Below are positions 54,389-63,380 of a stretch of DNA of 64,000 bases, in pieces; position 1 is the first letter of the stretch; the number at the start of each line of letters is the position of its first letter. Under the pieces are notes generated by a model. It did not search any database and was not told the DNA's origin. It saw only the letters and a list, made by a program, of their open reading frames with translations. This DNA comes from a virus. Position numbers and translations under genes: made by a program. The stretch spans positions 13,682 to 77,681 of the IMG/VR virus record IMGVR_UViG_3300019890_000003; one strand, given 5' to 3'.

Positions 54389-56256
54389 TACGGGCTCCCA
54401 GCCGCTGCTGCATTAGCCGCGTCAACAGTGTTCCCACCAGGATTGTTACGGATCGTTACTTTTGGCTTGTCCGTGGCCGACTTATTGTATGATTCTAACA
54501 TTCGTCTAGAATCTTGCTCGCGCCGTTTCTGGATACCGCCAGCATATCCCTCAAAACTATAGCCGTATCTGTTGCCTTCCTCTATCGAATGCGTCTGACG
54601 CCAGCCGGCTTCCGAGCCTCCGCTGCCTTTGTGCGTCTTTATCTCCTCGCTATAGAAATCCAGTTCATGATGAACGGTATCTCCACCGTGCTCGGATAGA
54701 TAGTTTTTAAGCGCAGTGTTTCGCCCTTCTCTCCATTGAAACAATCCGTGAGCTTCTTTTCCAGGCCCAAGGTTTTTGTCTCCGCCTACTCCTGAGCTAG
54801 CAAGGGCAAAGGACGGATCCTCTGTAAGGATTTGACCAACTGCTGTCGCGGCACCCTCTGGAGTAAATCCCTTCTCCTTTATTAAATAATTCATGGCGTC
54901 CTGAGCAGCTTCTGTGTTCTGCTTATTTATACCACTGCCGCCGCCTCCAAGGTCACTGCGGCCCGCGCCATGATGACCTAATGCCCCAGGCTTGGCATCG
55001 CCGCCACCGTCACCCACATCTTTGCCGCCGCCATGTAGGGAAAGGCCCGGAGCGCTACTAAACCCGCTACTGTCGGATTTCCCCACAACGGCGCTGACAC
55101 CGCCGCCAAACATACCGCTAGTGTCAACCCCCAGCCAGTTAGCGAATTTGAGCAGGCCTGTTAGAAGGCCGCCGAGACTCGATGCAAGGCGCCCAACTTC
55201 TTCGAAGAACGAATTCACATCTTCTCGGAATTCCTTCTTATCGATCTCGCCGGCGAGCCACTTTATACCCTCAGCAAGATCCCCTATGAGTGCGTCAAGC
55301 GGCCCATCCTTGGACATTAGCATCGCGACGAGTTTTACGACTTCCTTAGAAAGATTCCTCAGTGGATCGGCAAGCCTAACGAGGCCCTCGACGAAGATTT
55401 TCTCGATAGAGCGCGAGGCGCTTTCCATCTGTGTGGTGAAATCTGTGTAGGCCTTCAGGGCTTCCGGCGACAAACCATATTTGTTTGCCTTACGTTCCTC
55501 CTGGAATTGCGCAATCTTCTTCTCAATTTGCTCTTCCGATAGATCGCGGCCCATCATCCTCTGTTCATGCGTGAACATCTTGAGGTGCGGATCTGTATCA
55601 AGATTCTCCAGCCTGTCGGCCTTCGCAATCTTGGACATACGCCGCCATGCCGCAATCGCGACATCAGCAGGATCACCTTTGATCTGCTCTCTCGTAAGGC
55701 CTAGAGTTATAAGATCGCGACCCTGGTTCGCCTGCGCTTCGCTAATTGTCGAAAGCAACCCTTCTGGGTCACCGACAACGCTTCTCATATTAGTCAGAAA
55801 AGAAGCGCGGGCTCCATAATCTCCGCCGGTGCTTAGCGCCGCAGTGCGTTGGCTCGCGACAGAATGGGCGAGCCGATCGAAGCCGAACAACCCAGCTCCG
55901 CCCGTAACGAGTCCAAGAATGCCGGACCATTTAAGGAGGGATTCGGTGGCGGCGACAATGTTCTTTGCAACACCGCCAGTTGTAAGCGACAGCTCCTTCC
56001 AATAGCGCGTGGTCGATATCGTGATCTGATGAAAATCTTTTGCGGAACCGTGGATCGCGGCCATACTGCCGGCTACCACACCGGTAGAAGCCGCCGTCTC
56101 CTCAAACTTAGTTTTTACAACGCCAGCCGATTGCCCAGCTTTCTTCCATAGATCCGGCACCGTCGCGAGCAGGGCCGCATACTTCGCGAATTTATCCGTG
56201 AAGGCCTGAAATTCAGCCGAGTTAACATCGACGTCAATTTGTGTCTTACCGGCCAC
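54388..56256 (-). CDS. Tape-measure-like protein 1 with C-terminal tail-lysozyme-like domain
   Basis: GFTPEGAATAVGQILTE...AHGLFQWREGR. Confidence 0.8.
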   Translation of the reverse strand: MAGKTQIDVDVNSAEFQAFTDKFAKYAALLATVPDLWKKAGQSAGVVKTKFEETAASTGVVAGSMAAIHGSAKDFHQITISTTRYWKELSLTTGGVAKNIVAATESLLKWSGILGLVTGGAGLFGFDRLAHSVASQRTAALSTGGDYGARASFLTNMRSVVGDPEGLLSTISEAQANQGRDLITLGLTREQIKGDPADVAIAAWRRMSKIAKADRLENLDTDPHLKMFTHEQRMMGRDLSEEQIEKKIAQFQEERKANKYGLSPEALKAYTDFTTQMESASRSIEKIFVEGLVRLADPLRNLSKEVVKLVAMLMSKDGPLDALIGDLAEGIKWLAGEIDKKEFREDVNSFFEEVGRLASSLGGLLTGLLKFANWLGVDTSGMFGGGVSAVVGKSDSSGFSSAPGLSLHGGGKDVGDGGGDAKPGALGHHGAGRSDLGGGGSGINKQNTEAAQDAMNYLIKEKGFTPEGAATAVGQILTEDPSFALASSGVGGDKNLGPGKEAHGLFQWREGRNTALKNYLSEHGGDTVHHELDFYSEEIKTHKGSGGSEAGWRQTHSIEEGNRYGYSFEGYAGGIQKRREQDSRRMLESYNKSATDKPKVTIRNNPGGNTVDAANAAAAGSP

Positions 56257-56581
56257 CGAGCGCCTCCGCGATTTGCCTCAGAGACCCAATAATCGCGCGC
56301 TCTCTAAATTCCCGTGCCGAGCGGTACTCGTAGCCAAGTTCCCGCATAACAAGCGAGAATCCCTCAGTTGCCGCCCATGCTAGGCAGGTATCTGTGATCG
56401 GCGCCTCGTGTGCTCTTGCGGTTTGGCTGCCGAATTTGCGATCGCCGTCGATCTCGACAATGAAGCGCAAAACTCCGAACAGCTCAATGATTCTAAGCGC
56501 GCACCCCACAGTCTCGAGGCCCCGTCGAGAATCCCTCTCCGATCCGCTTTCCGATGCATGTGACAAGCGACAGAAAAAAAA
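56246..56581 (-). CDS. Probable -1 frameshift extension of the tail assembly chaperone
   Basis: -1 frame is open from the T8 run (56581-56574) to 56246 and overlaps the tape-measure start. Confidence 0.5.
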   Translation of the reverse strand, partial: FFFCRLSHASESGSERDSRRGLETVGCALRIIELFGVLRFIVEIDGDRKFGSQTARAHEAPITDTCLAWAATEGFSLVMRELGYEYRSAREFRERAIIGSLRQIAEALGGR

Positions 56582-56973
56582 GCTAGCGCGTTTTCCACCT
56601 CTGACATGTCGTCTTCATCAATGTGGCCTTTCGCAATGGCCTCATGGATCGGTATTGTTTCCCATCCGTTGTCAGTCAAAACTAGCACGTTGGTCAAGCG
56701 GCGGATTTCATTCATCAGCCCGCGTTCGACGCCCTCTGGACCATCCCAGACGCCCATCTCTATCGCAGTATCCTTGATGACCATCGAGGCCACGCGCGGC
56801 CCCGACATGATTCCAAGGCCACCGCTGTAGATCGTATTAAACGCCTTCGCCATCACCATGTAATATCTCTCGAACACAGCGCGAGAAATTGGAATAGCGT
56901 ACACATGAACTGTCGTGCCGTTTTCCCGTTCAATTGGCATTACAAAGTTTAGCGTGTTTTTATCTATTTGCAT
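56380..56973 (-). CDS. Tail assembly chaperone
   Basis: Between tube and tape measure; TAATG coupling at 56973. Confidence 0.7.
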   Translation of the reverse strand: MQIDKNTLNFVMPIERENGTTVHVYAIPISRAVFERYYMVMAKAFNTIYSGGLGIMSGPRVASMVIKDTAIEMGVWDGPEGVERGLMNEIRRLTNVLVLTDNGWETIPIHEAIAKGHIDEDDMSEVENALAFFSVACHMHRKADRRGILDGASRLWGARLESLSCSEFCASLSRSTAIANSAAKPQEHTRRRSQIPA

Positions 56974-57416
56974 TATGGCCACAACGCAGAGTTGATCTGA
57001 TATTGCCCCATCACGGTCACGACGAAGCCGGCCTCTCGTCCGCTATAATTAAGCGTATTCAGGTTTGTGATTGCGGCATTATCGATAAGGAATGGAGGCA
57101 GATTTGCCTGCGGCACATCTGGCCGTACCGTCGCAGGTCCCAGCAGTGTCGACTGTTCCCATACAACTTTATATGCTGCGGCCAAACTCTGCGACCGAAC
57201 CATATGGATGACTAGACGAATTGGCATCCAAGGCTCTGGCGATGTCACAAACCCAGTCATGGCTGGCAGCATCGTCGTCATAACGCCCTCGAGCGTCATG
57301 TCAATTCCTTCCGGCGCAAGATACGACGGCGTGACATTCAACGCCGGAAAATTATTCCACACAACCGAGGCAAGAAGCCTATTAATTGTGCCAAGGGGGA
57401 TATTCGGATTAGCCAT
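56973..57416 (-). CDS. Tail tube protein
   Basis: 147 aa directly after the sheath. Confidence 0.75.
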   Translation of the reverse strand: MANPNIPLGTINRLLASVVWNNFPALNVTPSYLAPEGIDMTLEGVMTTMLPAMTGFVTSPEPWMPIRLVIHMVRSQSLAAAYKVVWEQSTLLGPATVRPDVPQANLPPFLIDNAAITNLNTLNYSGREAGFVVTVMGQYQINSALWP

Positions 57417-57430
57417 TTTCTATAGCCTCT

Positions 57431-58810
57431 TTAGGTTATCACAAACTGGCTAACGACCAGATTGAAGACGATATTGCGGAAGCCGCGAGACGGCGTGTAG
57501 ATAACTGAGAACCCGGCGTATCGTCCGATCTTGTAATCGCTCGGGTTCTCTTGGCTATAGGTGATGAACGGAACCGCATTGACGATCGTAAAGCCTACGA
57601 AATCCTGATCGCCAAGTGCGGTATCAAGAATCGGGCCGTCGAGGGCAACTTGGATGGATGGGAACAGCGCCAACCCGAACGTAACCGCAGAATTCATCGT
57701 ACTCGCAATGACGCTCTGCAATACGTTGATGCCAGCTTGATTGTAGTACAGCGGATTGACAGGGTTGTTAGACCCGTTGATGATCGCGTTAGACACATTC
57801 AGGTCGACGTTAATCTGAACCCAATCCACCGAGTACCAGTAGCTGAAGTCGTTCCCGTCCATGGCCGTGCCATAGAGAAGGATCGCCTCGGCAATACCGC
57901 CTTCGGCACCGGTCCCGACAACATTAACAAAGGCATTCGAGTACGTCGTCAAGAGCGCCGAATTACCCATGGTCGGATAAGGCGTGACACCAAACAGGAA
58001 GTCAAAAGCGAACGGAGTCACCTTGTTGGTTGTGCTTGGCAACTGATGCAGCACACCCCAGAACGCGGCTGCGTTGCTAAATTCAGTCGATGGTATGCCG
58101 GGCGCCTCGATCAAACCAAACACGCTCTTCATCAAATTGGAATACAGCGTGTAATTGGCGTTCGTCATCGTAACGAAGAAATACGTCTTCGCTGTCGCCG
58201 CCTCGAAATTGGTTGCCATCGTCACGAAGGTTGGCGCGCTCGCCCATGACCGTGGAACCAGATAGGCGTAGAAGAATTGCGGGGTGTTGATGATCCAGTT
58301 ATTCAGATACGTCACGCCGTCAGCCGCGTTTCCTGGCCCAATCTCAAGGACATAGACGGCTTGCGCCGCGCCCTGAGCAAAGAAGGTCGTGGCCATCGCG
58401 TTCAACTCTGCGACGTCCTCGAGGGTGTAGGTGCCGACCGAGGATGTGCTACCCGGGTTGACGACGAGCGGATATGTGAACGTGCTCGCGCCGGTGATGG
58501 TGGCCGTGAACGTTCCGTTATATCCGCTGGGGACAGCCCCAACGATCGTAACCAGCAGCGTGTCCGCAATGGTGAACCCGTGCGGCGCCGTGGTCGTTAC
58601 GGTCGCAACGCTCGACGCCCATGAAATGGTTGTGATGGCATGAGCGCCGTTTATGATCGGCGTCAGATCCGATAGTTGGGTGAGAAGCGACATCGTGCCA
58701 GGGGCCGTCGTGGTTGCCCCCTGGGAAATGAACGCGCCTGTCTGTTGAAGCTTGCTCGGAGTCGGCGCTACTAACTGCGAGACATTTACTGTAACGATAG
58801 GAGTCGTCAT
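57431..58810 (-). CDS. Tail sheath protein
   Basis: ~459 aa; YWYSVDWVQIN...LYYNQAGIN...NPSDYKIGRYAG. Confidence 0.85.
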   Translation of the reverse strand: MTTPIVTVNVSQLVAPTPSKLQQTGAFISQGATTTAPGTMSLLTQLSDLTPIINGAHAITTISWASSVATVTTTAPHGFTIADTLLVTIVGAVPSGYNGTFTATITGASTFTYPLVVNPGSTSSVGTYTLEDVAELNAMATTFFAQGAAQAVYVLEIGPGNAADGVTYLNNWIINTPQFFYAYLVPRSWASAPTFVTMATNFEAATAKTYFFVTMTNANYTLYSNLMKSVFGLIEAPGIPSTEFSNAAAFWGVLHQLPSTTNKVTPFAFDFLFGVTPYPTMGNSALLTTYSNAFVNVVGTGAEGGIAEAILLYGTAMDGNDFSYWYSVDWVQINVDLNVSNAIINGSNNPVNPLYYNQAGINVLQSVIASTMNSAVTFGLALFPSIQVALDGPILDTALGDQDFVGFTIVNAVPFITYSQENPSDYKIGRYAGFSVIYTPSRGFRNIVFNLVVSQFVIT

Positions 58811-58828
58811 TGGCGCGTCCATCCGTGC

Positions 58829-58857
58829 AAAAAAAAGCCCGCCAAGTTGGGGCGGGC
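58829..58857 (-). terminator. Intrinsic terminator
   Basis: GCCCGCC-7-GGCGGGC followed by T8. Confidence 0.75.
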
Positions 58858-58886
58858 AGGCGAATGATATTCGTTATGTGGATTTG

Positions 58887-59225
58887 TTAGGCGTAATCCA
58901 CCGTGATGTTCCCAGAGGTAGTCCCGACGATAACCGCGAACAATCCGGTTTTAAACGTGACCGGGTTTGGGCGAAGTTGGATTGTCGCAAGCGTGCTGAA
59001 CACTCCGATAACTGGACCGGCCGTGCTCGTCCCATCATAAAGGGTTATGGATGACGCAACCGTCCCAGCGACATTGACATACACCGCAAAGAACGTTCCT
59101 TGGCCTAATTTGATTTGAGTTCCAGCAGTGTTCGCCGTAAAATTCGCATACTTTGTAGTAAGGAATTTTGCAGCGAAGTCGGTAACGGCAACGGCTGTTT
59201 GCGGCATTGCATTGATCCCTATCAA
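58887..59225 (-). CDS. Small beta-rich structural protein (paralog B)
   Basis: ANTAGTQ, ITLYDGTSTAGP, TGLF, GNITV shared with the neighbour. Confidence 0.75.
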   Translation of the reverse strand: MIGINAMPQTAVAVTDFAAKFLTTKYANFTANTAGTQIKLGQGTFFAVYVNVAGTVASSITLYDGTSTAGPVIGVFSTLATIQLRPNPVTFKTGLFAVIVGTTSGNITVDYA

Positions 59226-59548
59226 AGATAAACGACGGTGATGTTGCCAGACGTCGTGGTTCCGGTCAGAGCAACAAACAACCCAGTAACAAACGCTATC
59301 GGGTTGATGTCGAAAACGCCTGCCGGAGTCGTGGCAAATACGCCAATGATCGGACCGGCCGTGCTGGTTCCGTCATACAGCGTGATGACATTGGCGCCGC
59401 CGGTTCCGGCGGTATTGATGTTCAACCCGAGGAGCGTGCCAGCGGTGGCCTTAACCTGCGTGCCAGCGGTGTTAGCCGCGAAGTTGGCAAAATTCCCGGC
59501 GACATCCTCCGGGACCGTATTTTTAATGCCGATCGGTCCTTGTACCAT
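59222..59548 (-). CDS. Small beta-rich structural protein (paralog A)
   Basis: Same motifs as paralog B. Confidence 0.75.
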   Translation of the reverse strand: MVQGPIGIKNTVPEDVAGNFANFAANTAGTQVKATAGTLLGLNINTAGTGGANVITLYDGTSTAGPIIGVFATTPAGVFDINPIAFVTGLFVALTGTTTSGNITVVYL

Positions 59549-59561
59549 TTTAGAAGTCCTT

Positions 59562-60650
59562 TCAGGGGCTCTCTGGATCGTAACTGTGGAACTCAGCCGG
59601 GACCGTGATAAAGGACGGTAGCGCCTGGCCTATGATTTGACGCGCGATATGACGCGCGCGCAGTTGGTAATAGCTAATCTCGTATTCGATGGTTTTTTTC
59701 TGCGCGATAATCCCAAGCTCGTTCTGAGACATCTTCTCGTCGCGCATAATCGGAACGTTCATCAATCCAAAATAATCATAGTCAGCACTGTACTGATTAA
59801 CAGCATCAACGAAATCCATAGCGTAGCTATTACCGAGTCCATAGATCGTTACCTTCACGCGCTCTCTGGTGAGCTGCTGATGGGATGATCGAAAACCGAT
59901 GCGAGGCGTGCTAGCGAGCGCCTGCGTGCTGTCCGGATAGATATGCACCGAGGCGAATGGCGGTGGAGTGTTTGGTTGGACTAGGTGGGAGGGAAACAAC
60001 GGCATCATCGTGTTGCCGAAACCATAGGACGGCAACGTCGGGGTGTAATTGTTAAGCTTCAACCAAAGCGGCAGGCTGTTCGACACTATCTGTGCGCCGG
60101 TGTTGATTTGCGCCGCGTTGTCGATAATCTGCGAATCCATGAATGGATAGATCGCGTCGCCGATATAGTGCCAGATATCCGCTTGCCGGTAGAAATTTTC
60201 CCTGTTCGAGAACGCGAACCTGATGCCATCGCAACGATCGCTTATCGTCCCGATATAAATCATATTGGTGTTGATGCGGCTGAAATCCTGGTGAAGCGGC
60301 TCCTCGCTCGTGAAGGTGATTTTGTTGATCCCGTAGGATTCGGTTTCGTCCTGAATCTTCTGAGACGCGAAATGAAGCGAGCCCTTGGCGACGATCGTCT
60401 TGGCGGCCGTCGTTATCGTTGGCTGCCCGTTGAGAATCTCGGAGTTGTATGGCGAGAGAGCCGAATTGAATATCGCCGACGGGCTGAGCAAGTCAGCCTT
60501 CACCCAGAACACGAATTGATCAAGCGGCAATATCACCTTGACGTATTGCGTAAAGGTCACAGTCTGTTGGGCCGATAACGACTCTATTCCTGCCCTGAGG
60601 TCCGAACTCAGCGGTGTTGGTGCAAAGCTTGCCTCAGCCGCTGTCGGCAT
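59562..60650 (-). CDS. Neck / tail-completion protein
   Basis: 362 aa between neck genes and sheath; positional call. Confidence 0.6.
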   Translation of the reverse strand: MPTAAEASFAPTPLSSDLRAGIESLSAQQTVTFTQYVKVILPLDQFVFWVKADLLSPSAIFNSALSPYNSEILNGQPTITTAAKTIVAKGSLHFASQKIQDETESYGINKITFTSEEPLHQDFSRINTNMIYIGTISDRCDGIRFAFSNRENFYRQADIWHYIGDAIYPFMDSQIIDNAAQINTGAQIVSNSLPLWLKLNNYTPTLPSYGFGNTMMPLFPSHLVQPNTPPPFASVHIYPDSTQALASTPRIGFRSSHQQLTRERVKVTIYGLGNSYAMDFVDAVNQYSADYDYFGLMNVPIMRDEKMSQNELGIIAQKKTIEYEISYYQLRARHIARQIIGQALPSFITVPAEFHSYDPESP

Positions 60651-61212
60651 ATCCGGCCCTCTGGTTGTCTAACCATACCGCTGGATGGAAATCTCGCTTG
60701 GAATAATTGCATGCGGCGCATAGCCATTGAAGATTTTCAATGCTATTTGATCCACCTAGTTTGATAGGAATTATATGGTCGATATGACGTTTCTCATTCC
60801 ACAAATTCGCTTTGCAGTATGGATTTGCGCAGATGTGATGCTGACTAACCAGCAGTTCTTTTGTCTGCGCGGCAGTATGAGCACCATTAGATCCGCTAAT
60901 TCTTGCGCGCCTATTTCTTGTGTCAGCTCTGACAGCTTCAGGATTTTTCTTTTTCCACAATTTTGCTCTTAACTTCACACTATCGGAATTTCTCCGATAC
61001 CAATCTGCCCTCTCAGCTTTGGATTTCTCTAAATCGGCGTAATACACATCTTCTGATTTTCTCTTAATCTTCTCAGAATTACGTGCATAATAATTCGCGC
61101 CGGCGATAGACACGCACTCCTTGCATTCAGGACGAAGTCCATCCTTGCTCCTTACGCGTCTATGAAAACGATCTAGAGGTTTAGCAGATTTGCAGATTAC
61201 GCAAATTTTCAT
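60634..61212 (-). CDS. HNH endonuclease
   Basis: CVIC...CKEC; HIDHIIPIKLGGSNSIENLQWLCAACN; AT-richer than its flanks. Confidence 0.9.
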   Translation of the reverse strand: MKICVICKSAKPLDRFHRRVRSKDGLRPECKECVSIAGANYYARNSEKIKRKSEDVYYADLEKSKAERADWYRRNSDSVKLRAKLWKKKNPEAVRADTRNRRARISGSNGAHTAAQTKELLVSQHHICANPYCKANLWNEKRHIDHIIPIKLGGSNSIENLQWLCAACNYSKRDFHPAVWLDNQRAGYADSG

Positions 61213-61628
61213 CAGTCAATCCAGCAGACCATGCTGCTCTGATAGAGGCCGGTGTCGATAAACGATGGGCGAGGCGATCCCTTGTTAATTTTCATCCGAT
61301 GGTTCACGCCATTAAGCGCGGCGGCGGTTGGAACGCCTGGGTATCCGAGCGAATCCATCTCTGCCTCGCTAAGGAACCGTCTAAACCTGTCCTCGATCGA
61401 GGACTCGGCGCTGCCAAACGGTTTGTTTGGCGGTGGCGATCCTGCCATCATATTTTCAAGTTGGCCGACGATGGCGCTTTCTAAGTCCGCAGCAACATCA
61501 TCTTTATGCTGCTCATAGAAAACTTGCATGATGTGGTATTTGTCTTCCAGGATTTCCGCGACGTCCCCAGTTGTCTGGGTGCCTTCCGCATATGGGATGT
61601 CGGTTACGCCGAGGTGGATTACGGGCAT
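61212..61628 (-). CDS. Neck protein
   Basis: RPSFIDTGLYQSS motif. Confidence 0.7.
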   Translation of the reverse strand: MPVIHLGVTDIPYAEGTQTTGDVAEILEDKYHIMQVFYEQHKDDVAADLESAIVGQLENMMAGSPPPNKPFGSAESSIEDRFRRFLSEAEMDSLGYPGVPTAAALNGVNHRMKINKGSPRPSFIDTGLYQSSMVCWID

Positions 61629-61924
61629 TAGTAATAGGACACGTTTAGAATTGTTCCTGCCACGGCATTAATAAACTTCACCGTCGACAGGTTTGAACTA
61701 AAGGCCAGCGGCGTGCCTACAGGCTGCAACATCCCTACAGCTGCCGTTGGCGCCGTTCCATCATCGCGCCACCGGACGGCCTGCGCCTCTGGAAGCACGA
61801 TTGCTACAGTAGCGCCGGCAGGGACAGTCAAGCCAGTAGACGCGACCAAGGTAGCCGCCAATATCTGCTGATAGCCGAGCGGCTTGCCGCCCGCGCCGCT
61901 TATAGTAGGGCCAGGTGCCGACAT
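61628..61924 (-). CDS. Small structural (decoration-type) protein
   Basis: VRWRDDGTAPTAAVGM. Confidence 0.65.
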   Translation of the reverse strand: MSAPGPTISGAGGKPLGYQQILAATLVASTGLTVPAGATVAIVLPEAQAVRWRDDGTAPTAAVGMLQPVGTPLAFSSNLSTVKFINAVAGTILNVSYY

Positions 61925-62469
61925 TAGCTAATTCCCCACAATGGACCCCAATTCTGAGCAAGCGCGAGATATTGCCGCCCGAATGGATCTTTCAAAAGCT
62001 GAAGCTCCGATAGATTTAAATTCTTTGCGTAATCTGGAACAATCATCGACTCGCTTGTCGAGACGTCGCTGGACGATTGAATCGTACCAGATACATATCC
62101 AAGGATATTCCATTTATCTCTTAGATATAGAAAGAATGGTTTCCCGTTTTGGTACACTGGCGCGCCAGCTTGATCACTCGCAAAATTGATGACGTTGGAA
62201 CCGGCGAGATTGTACACGGCCAAGGTGTAAATCGCCGGCGACGTGCAAGCCAAAAACTGGTTGACGACGTTCAGCGCCACCGTGAACGCCATGCAAACCA
62301 CGGGATCGGTCGGCGGAAGGATCGTGTTGCTGATCCCCATCACATTTACGATGAACGCCTGGAAGCCCTCGATGGTCGGCGGTTGGATACCTTGGCACGG
62401 ACCTGCTGGAGGCGGAGGCGATGGCGGCGTGCCTTCAAGGCAGATTCCGTCATAGACAACGATAGCCAT
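61924..62469 (-). CDS. Head-tail adaptor protein
   Basis: AVYNLA...GTIQSSSD...KDPFGRQYLALA. Confidence 0.7.
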   Translation of the reverse strand: MAIVVYDGICLEGTPPSPPPPAGPCQGIQPPTIEGFQAFIVNVMGISNTILPPTDPVVCMAFTVALNVVNQFLACTSPAIYTLAVYNLAGSNVINFASDQAGAPVYQNGKPFFLYLRDKWNILGYVSGTIQSSSDVSTSESMIVPDYAKNLNLSELQLLKDPFGRQYLALAQNWGPLWGIS

Positions 62470-62472
62470 GGG

Positions 62473-62673
62473 TCACCGCCTAACTTCAAATCCTACCAGG
62501 CTTGCACTTTTTGGCTCTTCGATAAACCCGGCGACGCATTTGCATTCGACATACCGACCGTCGCGTAAGGCATAATATTTGTGCTTCCATAGCACGATCT
62601 CGGCATCCCACGGGATTGAAACCGTCGCCACGAGATCCCCGGTCGTGGCAAATAATTGAACTTGAGAAGCCAT
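62473..62673 (-). CDS. Hypothetical protein
   Basis: Fills the gap in the operon. Confidence 0.5.
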   Translation of the reverse strand: MASQVQLFATTGDLVATVSIPWDAEIVLWKHKYYALRDGRYVECKCVAGFIEEPKSASLVGFEVRR

Positions 62674-62676
62674 GGG

Positions 62677-63234
62677 CTAGCCCTTCTTCCGCCCGCGAGG
62701 CGACGGTTCGGAACTGGAAACCCTGATACCGCCAGCCGCATGCTTGCCATCCCGGAAGAAGTTTGTCTTTGCCGGCACGCCGCTTGAGCTTTCCTCGGTA
62801 ATGCTGATCTCTAGATCGCCAATCGCCGGAATCGGGCGCCTGGCGTCGCGAGCCATTTTTTCTACGTTGCCCTCTAGCAATTGGCTGTTTGCTAAGGCGG
62901 TCGCCTTCAGGGTGTCTTCCGCTCGCTCTTCCAACACTTCCTGATTATGAATCATAAGCTTTTGAATCTTCATAGCCGGAATCGGCTTATCGACTGAATA
63001 GCACAAGCCGACGAATGGCTTGGCGCGATCGATCTCGTCGACAGGAATCAGGCCATAGACGGTATGCTGACCAACAATGTAATCGACAGCCTCGGGCTGC
63101 AACTCTCCGCTGATCTGGATCTGGCCGCCTTCTTTAATTGGCTGCGCGCGAAGGCCAGTCGCTTCAGGGACGCGGTAGAGGAAATGATGTACCTGCTTAG
63201 AACAATTCGCGATGAATAACTTCATTAGTCCCAT
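62677..63234 (-). CDS. Conserved post-capsid protein
   Basis: MKLFIANCSKQ...GLCYSVDKPI; GGAG RBS. Confidence 0.7.
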   Translation of the reverse strand: MGLMKLFIANCSKQVHHFLYRVPEATGLRAQPIKEGGQIQISGELQPEAVDYIVGQHTVYGLIPVDEIDRAKPFVGLCYSVDKPIPAMKIQKLMIHNQEVLEERAEDTLKATALANSQLLEGNVEKMARDARRPIPAIGDLEISITEESSSGVPAKTNFFRDGKHAAGGIRVSSSEPSPRGRKKG

Positions 63235-63330
63235 TCTCCATTAGGGATGCAGTCCCGGCTTTTCTTCCGCGCACAGCCGGGAGCGCGGCGAAGGGGCAGG
63301 GGGGAGGCCCCGCCCAGGAAGTTAGGCGAC

Positions 63331-63352
63331 AAAAAACCCGCCGATTGGCGGG
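63331..63352 (-). terminator. Intrinsic terminator after the capsid gene
   Basis: CCCGCC-AATC-GGCGGG followed by T6. Confidence 0.75.
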
Positions 63353-63380
63353 CATCCGTCTCTACTAAGTTTAGAAACGA

